A stretch of 58,160 nucleotides of DNA from Gaiellaceae bacterium. Lineage in GTDB: Bacteria; Actinomycetota; Thermoleophilia; Gaiellales; Gaiellaceae. Positions 17,301-23,366 of the stretch are shown here, piece by piece. Positions within the stretch are counted from its first letter, which is position 1, and every line of letters begins with the position of its first letter. Under the pieces are notes generated by a model. It did not search any database and was not told where the DNA came from. It was given only the letters and a program-made list of their open reading frames with translations. A program made the position numbers and the translations under genes. Location of the stretch: assembly GCA_035574655.1 (NCBI GenBank), contig DATLYP010000069.1, positions 1 to 58,160 on the forward strand. The letters are read 5' to 3'.

Positions 17301-18219
17301 CCTGCTCGTGATCGACGAGGCCTCGCAGCTCAGCCTGCCGGCGGCGGTGCTCGCGGGCGCGCCCCTGCGCGACGAGGGGCAGGCGATCGTGGTCGGCGAC
17401 CACCGGCAGATGCCGCCGATCCTCACGCACGACTGGAAGCACGAGCCGCGCCGCCGCGCCCAGGAGACGAACGTCTACGCCTCCGCCTTCGAGTCCCTGC
17501 GCGACCGGGGGTTCCCGATCGTCGGCCTCGACCAGTCCTTCCGCCTGCACCGCGAGCACGCGGCGTTCCTCGAGCACCACGTCTATCGCGAGGACAACGT
17601 GGGGTTCCACTCGCTGCGCGCGGAGCTCCTGCCGTCCTGCGCGGGGCTCGACGGGCACGTCGCGGCGGCGCTCGCCCCCGAGTTCCCGGTCGTCGTGGTC
17701 GAGCACGCGGAGCAGAGCTCGCTCAAGCGCAACGACACGGAGATCGCGATCCTCGCGCCCATCGTCGAGGCGGCGCGCGACAGGCTCGGGCTGGACGCGA
17801 CGGACGGCCTCGGCGTCGTCGTCCCCCATCGGGCCCAGCGGGCGGCGCTCAAGGCGCTCTTCCCCGACCTCGCGGGCGCAGGGGCGATCGACACCGTCGA
17901 GCGCTTCCAGGGCGGGGAGCGCGACCTGATCGTCGTCTCGGCGACCGCCTCCGACCCCGAGTTCGTGCTCGCCGAGGCGCGCTTCCTGCTCAACCCGAAC
18001 CGGCTCAACGTCGCCTTCTCCCGGCCCCGCAAGAAACTGATCGTGATCGGCTCGACGACCGTCTTCCGGCTCGTCCCGCCCGACATGGAGGTGTTCGAGA
18101 GCGCGCTCCTCTGGAAGCGCCTGCGCTACGAGTTCTCCGCCGAGGTGCTGTGGGAAGGGGAGGTCGCAGGCGTCCCGGTGCGGGTCAGCGGTCGCCGCGC
18201 GCTTCGCCCGTCGCGGTGA
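14374..18219 (+). CDS. Nuclease-helicase (1281 aa): Cas4/RecB-like PD-(D/E)xK Fe-S nuclease (TM0106 type) + RNaseH-like region + SF1B (AAA_11/AAA_12, Upf1/DNA2-like) helicase
   Basis: Nuclease motifs: ESCERY (first Cys), VADLVLVE, VGDAKASRR, LQVAFYALLL, then YKCDGCLYNALC. Helicase motifs: LLVQGPPGTGKTHT, LLVIDEASQL, VVGDHRQMPPI, TVERFQGGERDLIVVS, RLNVAFSRPRKKLIVIG. The GTG start is chosen at the first in-frame start after the previous gene. The upstream part of ORF 14029..18219 overlaps the EVE-like gene. Confidence 0.8.
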   Translation: MSSTWSGPSTLAATTLAQFVRLESCERYLWYRLHAKETRDLFRRYRVTEQPLTPLLSQRGARHESEITTQLAAEGRELVDLAEQGADRTAAELARGATSARVLLQARVEGTIGAFPAAGVADLVLVEPGSEGGVRVTVGDAKASRRDRPEHRLQVAFYALLLRQLAARAGVHIEEMRGCVWRVPQGPEDEQPSLFDLQAYEEAVELLAGEGSRLLPVAAGSREQARFHLTYKCDGCLYNALCMREAAEGETLALVPFLSSRDRTALERHGVRSLLDLARLKGLPPPGDYEAPLAPVADPSLLARLAAEWPLGANLDLHVQRARAVARNWHAEVEWRPWIHGSGFGTLPDPEAFPGLVRVYLDAQHDFLEDRVYLAAGLVVGPRGRREVLEITDGPPGEEQEGRLVEAWVTRLLAAVREVADGDTLYLHLYVYDGYDQKVVLDAIRRHLDRLAGLPDVFDLLTETAATSQAMFSFLAREVRERKNLGLLCHSLPLVARRLGFDWSFEGVELHRVFQARVFDNRRTLPDGRWYESAARFNSQIPLEYAYGAWGRLPEPEDAESRRLLEPFRVTLDELLHFARARLHALHHLDESFRVRNRFLPKEPIRLPDPRVASGAEPRLADVLLEFLYVEHHAKLQGLLSLFALPLERRVASGASLLLEALEDADRGRCRFRIRFDLAGLDPVPALQQMAPEEGDWMVIGPARASAKPWDVVRGRIAVIDAIEDDEIVLHLMPMSFGRSEFRFAHNASLAIARGALYVLDPMADDLVAERVLDACRNADHNAFLAWIERGPEAIGSRGVSAAERQALGAFLEALEQAASILTPTQRQGDVIAHRSRERVLLVQGPPGTGKTHTLAWAILARAYAAALAGRSFHVLVSAMTHTAVEVVLRSIADKLGQLDQEPAAAHLAEALSGLRLFKEQSVPGPVPEGVEAVERDDLLECLEHELAVIAAVPSGVHRLLQGVSKPIDWSRRRFDLLVIDEASQLSLPAAVLAGAPLRDEGQAIVVGDHRQMPPILTHDWKHEPRRRAQETNVYASAFESLRDRGFPIVGLDQSFRLHREHAAFLEHHVYREDNVGFHSLRAELLPSCAGLDGHVAAALAPEFPVVVVEHAEQSSLKRNDTEIAILAPIVEAARDRLGLDATDGLGVVVPHRAQRAALKALFPDLAGAGAIDTVERFQGGERDLIVVSATASDPEFVLAEARFLLNPNRLNVAFSRPRKKLIVIGSTTVFRLVPPDMEVFESALLWKRLRYEFSAEVLWEGEVAGVPVRVSGRRALRPSR

Positions 18220-18298
18220 CGGCTGCTCCGGCCGAGCAAGCGCTTCGGGTCGACATCGCTCGCGGTTGGCGCTGTAACTCCGGCTCGTGCCCGCGCAC

Positions 18299-18337
18299 TA
18301 CCTGTTGCCGATCGTCGACCGCGAGCCGCCCGGCTGA
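18299..18337 (+). pseudogene. 5' remnant of a second EVE-like gene (12 codons, then stop)
   Basis: tac ctg ttg ccg atc gtc gac cgc gag ccg ccc encodes YLLPIVDREPP. It matches codons 3-13 of the EVE-like gene (13824-13856, YLLPIADREPL) at 29 of 33 nt. It has no start codon, and its TGA overlaps the ATG of the next gene. Confidence 0.45.
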
Positions 18338-19077
18338 TGCCGATCGATGTGGGCGCCCACCTCGAGAGCCTGGTCGGCCAGGAGATCCGAACGCTGACGG
18401 AAAGACAGCCGAACCGGATACTCCGAATCGAGGGGGGCGACGTCATCGTCGGCACTCGAAGGTCGCCAGGCGGCCGGCCGGTGCCGATCCAGTGGCTCCA
18501 GGATGCCGTCGACCTCCTCGAGGAGCGAGGAGAGATACCGGTCGACGTCGAGACCCTCGGTCACCGTGGGGCCTTCGTCGGTGCGTTCCTGGCGACCCTC
18601 CCAGGGGCAATCGTCCGGCCGACCACGCCGCGGCGCGTTGCGCTGGCACGCGAGCCGAGGATCGACGAGCGGCTCGAGGAAGTCAGACGGCTCGTACACG
18701 AGCACCTGAACGCGGCGATGATCATGGTCCCGCTCGACGATCCCCTCGACCCCGAGATGCCGATCGCGGATGCACTCGCGTACCTCGACGAGAACGAGTT
18801 CGACTTGGCGTTACTGCGAAGCGAGGACCTGAGGGTGGTGTACAGACGGCGACTCGCAACCGTCCCCGAGGTGCACCGGCACGAGCCGGTCAAGACGAGA
18901 TGGTCGAGTCCGCGCGGCGATCGACTCGTACAGCACACCTTGGAGCTCGGCGAGGTCGCAAGGAGGCTACGAGACGACGATGTTCCGCTACTCGTCGTCG
19001 GTAGAGCAGGGCCTGAGTTCATCATCACTCGGTCCGACTTCACGCGGCCCGCCGGCCTTGTGGGCGTCTTAGCGTGA
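18337..19077 (+). CDS. Hypothetical protein with unassigned N-terminal domain and C-terminal CBS-pair-like domain
   Basis: The C-terminal half shows two CBS-like units: AAMIMVPLDDPLDPEMPIADALAYLDENEFDLALL, and DRLVQHTLELGEVARRL..DDVPLLVVGRAGPEFIITRSDFTR. The stop overlaps the next GTG start (GTGA). Confidence 0.55.
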   Translation: MPIDVGAHLESLVGQEIRTLTERQPNRILRIEGGDVIVGTRRSPGGRPVPIQWLQDAVDLLEERGEIPVDVETLGHRGAFVGAFLATLPGAIVRPTTPRRVALAREPRIDERLEEVRRLVHEHLNAAMIMVPLDDPLDPEMPIADALAYLDENEFDLALLRSEDLRVVYRRRLATVPEVHRHEPVKTRWSSPRGDRLVQHTLELGEVARRLRDDDVPLLVVGRAGPEFIITRSDFTRPAGLVGVLA

Positions 19078-19445
19078 TCGCAGCGCTTGATGCGCAGCTC
19101 GACGAGCTGCTTCACCCCTTCGACCAGGAGGCGTGGGCGGTGCTCCCCGAGGAGACGCGAACGAGGCTCGAGCAAGACGTCGAGTGCGCGCGGCAGCGCT
19201 CGGAGGAAGTCCATCGCCTGAGCTACCTGACGCTCCGCGAGCGGCTCTTCGTCGTCCAAGCGCTCGAGCTCGGGCGGCGACTCGGGATCGACTTCGGCAC
19301 GCAGGCCGAAGACGAGCGCATCGTCAGCGTCCGCAACGACATCGCACACGGGAGGCCCGTACGCAGTGGTGCGGACGTCATCGACGCGCTCGCGGCCGCA
19401 GAGCGGATCCTCGACTCGATCCGGGAGGCGCTCGGTCGATCGTGA
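19074..19445 (+). CDS. HEPN-domain protein (Swt1-like type), 123 aa
   Basis: Canonical Rx4H motif VRNDIAHG (R87-H92, nt 19332-19349) lies in an all-helical small protein. It overlaps the CBS-pair gene by 4 nt. Confidence 0.65.
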   Translation: MIAALDAQLDELLHPFDQEAWAVLPEETRTRLEQDVECARQRSEEVHRLSYLTLRERLFVVQALELGRRLGIDFGTQAEDERIVSVRNDIAHGRPVRSGADVIDALAAAERILDSIREALGRS

Positions 19446-19531
19446 CCGGATCTCGGTCATCGGCGTGACGGTCATGTCGCTTCCGCCGATCGTCCTCCGC
19501 CGAGCCCAGCGAGCGTCCCGCTTCGCTTAGG

Positions 19532-19813
19532 ACGATCGAGGTCGAGATCTTCCGCGACGACGACGAGGGTTACCTCACGTGGATTGCCGCGCATCCCCGC
19601 GGCTTCGTCTTGAACGCGGAGCGGAGCCCTCGCCCTGGCTACCTCATCCTCCATCGGGCGACCTGCCGCACGATCACCACGCAGCCGAGTCGAGGCGGTC
19701 CCTGGACCGGGCCGTACATCAAGATCTGCTCGGACGACGAGTTGCGGATCGCGGCCTGGGCCGGGCATGCGGTCGGCGGCGTTCCGACGCGCTGCGGCGT
19801 CTGCCTGCGGCCG
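19532..19813 (+). pseudogene. Small conserved Cys-containing domain ORF lacking a canonical start and stop
   Basis: The frame reads TIEVEIFRDDDEGYLTWIAAHPRGFVLNAERSPRPGYLILHRATCRTITT..WTGPYIKICSDDELRIAAWA..PTRCGVCLRP. I recall this as a stand-alone small actinobacterial protein. There is no ATG/GTG/TTG between the in-frame stop at 19466-19468 and the TTG at 19610. The codon where M is expected is ACG (19532). The frame runs on, without a stop, into the NYN gene. Confidence 0.35.
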
Positions 19814-19996
19814 CAGTGGCTCGTCTCTCCGTGGCGGCCCGCCCGAGGGGATCTACCGCGGTATAGGCATCCTCCCGGTTGGAGCCCTGTCCGTGGTAGC
19901 CGTCTTGATCGGCGACGCGATTCGGGCATACTTGGACCGCATTGCTCCCCGCCGTCCGGCGCGAGCCGCACTGGCGGGGTTCTTCTTTGCTCCGGG

Positions 19997-20599
19997 ATGT
20001 CTGCGGAAGAGCGCACGCGCGTAGCCGTCTTCATCGACTGGCAGAACACGTGGCACGCGGCTCGGGAGGCGTTCGGGTGGACCGCGTTCCCGAACGAGTA
20101 CGGCAACTACAGCCCGCTCAGGCTCGCGGAGTTCGTGGCCGAGGGGAACGGGCGCGGAGCGCTCGGTCAGGTCGTGCGCGTGAATATCCATCGCGGGCTG
20201 CCATCGAACAAGCGTGATCCTCAGGGCTACGGGGCGGTACGTCGTCAGGCTCAGGCCTGGATCGCTGAGAACCCGGACGTGGTCGTGCCGAAGCTTCGCC
20301 CGCTGAGGTACTACGGGCCGGAGGCCGAGCCGCGCGAGAAGGGGATCGACGTTGAGATGGCGATCGAGGCCGTTCGTTTTGTTCTCGAGGGCCGCTGCGA
20401 TGTCGCCGTCCTCTTCAGCCACGACACCGACCTCGTTCCGGCGATCGACGCGATCGCAGCGCTCGTCGAGACCGTCTCGTGGGTCGCTCCGGGCTTCCCG
20501 CGGAGGCTCCGTGTGCGGCGCCGTATCTACCACCACGAGCTCGACGAGAACCACTTCGCATGGGTAGAGGACCGCGTGAACTACGCGTACAGGGGCTGA
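19997..20599 (+). CDS. NYN-domain (LabA-like PIN-fold) ribonuclease
   Basis: Internal ATG (aa 130) of ORF 19610..20599. RVAVFIDWQNTWHAAREAF and GIDVEMAIEAVRFVLEGRCDVAVLFSHDTDLVPAIDAI match the NYN acidic-residue pattern. Confidence 0.7.
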   Translation: MSAEERTRVAVFIDWQNTWHAAREAFGWTAFPNEYGNYSPLRLAEFVAEGNGRGALGQVVRVNIHRGLPSNKRDPQGYGAVRRQAQAWIAENPDVVVPKLRPLRYYGPEAEPREKGIDVEMAIEAVRFVLEGRCDVAVLFSHDTDLVPAIDAIAALVETVSWVAPGFPRRLRVRRRIYHHELDENHFAWVEDRVNYAYRG

Positions 20600-20621
20600 G
20601 GGTCGATCGAGCGATGCTGCG

Positions 20622-20852
20622 CTACGCGACCGCGAGTACGGGCCCGAGGCCCTTGGCCACGACGCGCCGCCTCGGAAGCGTGATCCCGATCTCGCCGTCT
20701 TTCTCCAAGGGCCTGCGCGCGTTCACGATCGTGACTCCGACGATCGAACCGTCCGGTCCATAGCGAAGGGCGTGTCCCTCCTCGGACTCGTCCCAGTCGA
20801 CTGCGCTGCTCGGATCGCCGAGGTGGAGGTACAGAACGTCCGCGTCATCCTG
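20622..20852 (-). CDS. DUF2283-like small protein, start unresolved (possibly 5'-truncated)
   Basis: The C-terminal 76 aa of ORF 20622..21149 read DDADVLYLHLGDPSSAVDWDESEEGHALRYGPDGSIVGVTIVNARRPL, the DUF2283 pattern. The only in-frame start is about 100 Arg/Pro-rich codons upstream at 21149. Confidence 0.45.
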   Translation of the reverse strand, partial: QDDADVLYLHLGDPSSAVDWDESEEGHALRYGPDGSIVGVTIVNARRPLEKDGEIGITLPRRRVVAKGLGPVLAVA

Positions 20853-21151
20853 GCCGGGCGAGGTCGCGGGCGCAGGAGCTCGGTCATCGGAGTGCCACTC
20901 TCTTGGCCCTCGAGGGGCAAACCTGGGCGGCGGAGCCTTCCTCTCCCGCTCCGCTCTTCGGTTCGGACACGGCTCCCGCGCCCGCGGGCCGAGGTTACGC
21001 CTCGTCCGCGCCGGGCTCTGGGAGGCGCTCGAGGCCGACGAGCGCTCGGTCGCGGCATAGCTCGCCGCGGCCCGAGGCGCCTGCGCAGGCGTCCGGGGCC
21101 GCGTGGAGGCCCGAGGCGTGCCGTCGGGCTCCCGTGATACGGTCGGCATGC

Positions 21152-22504
21152 GTGTCGGTGACGGCGGCGGAGCGGGCGGACTTCCGGCGGATCGTCGGGC
21201 CCGCGCTCGCGCGCGCCGCCTCCGACCTGGCCGGGCTTCCCGACCCCGGCGCGCGCGAGGCGGGCGCGGTGGAGCTCCTGCCGGGGTCGCTCCTCGAGCT
21301 GCCCGAGGGCATCCTCGCCGAGGCGCTCGACGTCGTGGCCGGCGCGCGGGGAGGCCCCGAGCTCCTCGCCGGGCTCGCCGTCTCCGGCCCGACGCCGGTG
21401 GCGGTGCGGGCGCGGGCGCTCCTCGCCGAGCGCGGCCACGCTCCCGCCGGGCTCGGGGCGCTGCGCGTCGAGCGGGCCTGGGAGATGGATGCGGACGAGC
21501 CCGTCCTCGCGCTCTTCCTCCTCTGCTCGCGCGAGCGGGCTGCGGGCAGGCAGCTCTTCTCCTTCGTCCTCGAGCGGGCGCTCACCGGCGGGGCGGTCAA
21601 GGACGGCTTCGTCAGCGGAACGTCCGAGGGGACGCGCATCGCGAAGAAGGTCACCGGCGAGGCCCCGACCGAGGTCGCCGTGCGCGAGCTCGAACCCGGT
21701 GAGGCGGCGGAGCGGGTCGTCGCGGCCGCGCGGCGGGGCGCCCGCGAGGGGCTCGCGCCGAGCGAGGACGGGCTCCGCGCGCTGACCGTCTTCCTCCGCG
21801 CGGCCGGCGTCACCGACGCGGACGCGATCGTGCAGGCGCTCGAGCTCGGGGAGTCGCTGCCCGATCGGATCGACGCCCTCGAGGACGAGGCGCGCGCCGC
21901 GGCCGTGGACGCCCTCGCGGCCGAGGCGCGGGGCTGGGTCGAAGGCAGAGGGCTGGGCGCAGCGCGCGCCGAGGCCGCCGCCTTCGCCGCCGGGCTGATG
22001 GGCGACTTCCGGGCCTTCCACCTCGGCCTCGACGTGGCCGGCTGGGACGAGGACGAGCTCGAGGAGTTCCTCCTCGACTGGGTCCCCCGGAAGGTCGCGC
22101 TCGAGCCCGAGGAGGCGGAGGCCTTCCCGCAGGCGGTTGCGGACGTGCTCGGCTTCCTGGGCGCGAGCGGGCGCCTCCCGGCCGGCGGGGCGGAGCGGCT
22201 TGCGGCGCACGCGCTCGCGCTCCGGGACGAGCTCCTCGACGCGCTCGCCGACCCCGCGCTCGGCGGGCCGGCGAGGCTGCTCCTCCAGGCCATGGCGGCC
22301 GAAGGGGTCGAGCTCGGGGACGCAGAGGCGATGCGGGCCTGGCTCGAGGACTTCAACGCGCGCCCGTTCGAGGAGCGGAACCGGATCCTCGGTCCCGCGC
22401 TCGCTCCTTCCCCGCCCGGGAGGCGGGCGCCCGCCAGGCCGCGCCCGAAGGCGGCGCGCCGGAAGGCGCAGCGGCAGGCGCGGCGCCGCAACCGGGGCCG
22501 GTAG
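21152..22504 (+). CDS. Hypothetical protein (~450 aa), Ala/Glu/Leu-rich helical, basic C-terminal tail
   Basis: GTG at 21152 within ORF 20903..22504. Downstream the composition is protein-like (VSVTAAERADFRRIVGPALARAASDLAG...WDEDELEEFLLDWVPRKVALEPEE...). The tail is RRKAQRQARRRNRGR. No family was recognised. Confidence 0.5.
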   Translation: MSVTAAERADFRRIVGPALARAASDLAGLPDPGAREAGAVELLPGSLLELPEGILAEALDVVAGARGGPELLAGLAVSGPTPVAVRARALLAERGHAPAGLGALRVERAWEMDADEPVLALFLLCSRERAAGRQLFSFVLERALTGGAVKDGFVSGTSEGTRIAKKVTGEAPTEVAVRELEPGEAAERVVAAARRGAREGLAPSEDGLRALTVFLRAAGVTDADAIVQALELGESLPDRIDALEDEARAAAVDALAAEARGWVEGRGLGAARAEAAAFAAGLMGDFRAFHLGLDVAGWDEDELEEFLLDWVPRKVALEPEEAEAFPQAVADVLGFLGASGRLPAGGAERLAAHALALRDELLDALADPALGGPARLLLQAMAAEGVELGDAEAMRAWLEDFNARPFEERNRILGPALAPSPPGRRAPARPRPKAARRKAQRQARRRNRGR

Positions 22505-22508
22505 GGCG

Positions 22509-22961
22509 GTGCCCTCCGAGGAGGAGGCGCGCCGCGCGTTCGCTTGTCCCCGGCGCAGGGGGCGCTACCGCGGGCTCGTCCTCGACGGCCTGGATCCCGC
22601 CGACCCCGACGAGCGCCGCTTCCTGATCGAGGCCGAGCACCCGGAGCTCCAGGACGCCTTGGAGCGGCATGAGGACGTGCTCGTCGGCGGGCGGGCGGTG
22701 AACCCGCGCCTCCACATCCTCGTGCACGAGATCGTCGCGAACCAGCTTTGGGACGGGGATCCGCCGGAGGTGTGGGAGACCGCGAAGCGGCTGCTTGGGC
22801 TCGGCTACGAGCGCCACGAGGTGCTGCACATGCTCGGCTCGGTCGTCACGCGCGAGCTGTGGAGCGCGCTCCACGACCGCCGTCTCGCCGACACCGCCCG
22901 CTACGTCGCCGCGCTCGACGAGCTGCCCGGCTCCTATCACGCGCTCGCGCACGAGAGCTGA
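22509..22961 (+). CDS. DUF1841-like protein
   Basis: GTG in frame of ORF 22137..22961, 4 nt after the previous stop. NPRLHILVHEIVANQLWDGDPPEVWETAKRLLGLGYERHEVLHMLGSVV matches my memory of the DUF1841 signature. Confidence 0.55.
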   Translation: MPSEEEARRAFACPRRRGRYRGLVLDGLDPADPDERRFLIEAEHPELQDALERHEDVLVGGRAVNPRLHILVHEIVANQLWDGDPPEVWETAKRLLGLGYERHEVLHMLGSVVTRELWSALHDRRLADTARYVAALDELPGSYHALAHES

Positions 22962-23366
22962 GAGGCGGATGGGCGGGCCTGCCCGGGCACCCGCCCGACC
23001 GCTGGAGATTCGCTCGAGGTGTACGACGACGTCGTGAGCGTTCGCCTGGCTCGCTGGCGGGAGATGCTCGACACCGGGACGCGGCCCACGCGGACGACCA
23101 AGGTCAGCCGCAACGGCACGGTCGAACGCCGCGCCTCGTAGCGGCGATCGAACGGCGCGGCGGCGCTTCGTGAGCGACACGGGGCTCATCCACCGCCTCG
23201 AGCGGTCGGCGCCCCCTCGCGTGCGCGCCGCCGTGGACGACCTCTTCGACCGGGTCGCGGACGGCTTCCTCCGCTCGCCGCCGGCCGGCCCGCCCGCGCG
23301 GTCGGAGCGCCGCTCGTCCGGCGATGCGCGTAAGAGCGCGCCGCCGGCCGCCCGATACTCCAGGCG

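Noticed and set aside
14014-19004. Very long ORFs 14014..17829 (-, 1271 aa) and 14445..19004 (+, 1519 aa) overlapping the nuclease-helicase gene
   Set aside because: Their translations are dominated by R/P/G/A runs with no motifs. The 14374-18219 frame carries complete nuclease and SF1 helicase motif sets.
22962-23366. ORF 23170..23442 (90 aa) and a ~40-codon frame ending at TAG ~23138 (VYDDVVSVRLARWREMLDTGTRPTRTTKVSRNGTVERRAS) between the DUF1841-like gene and helicase 2
   Set aside because: They are too short, have no motif and no convincing RBS or start. ORF 23170 overlaps the helicase start. The short frame is mildly protein-like, but I cannot support it.
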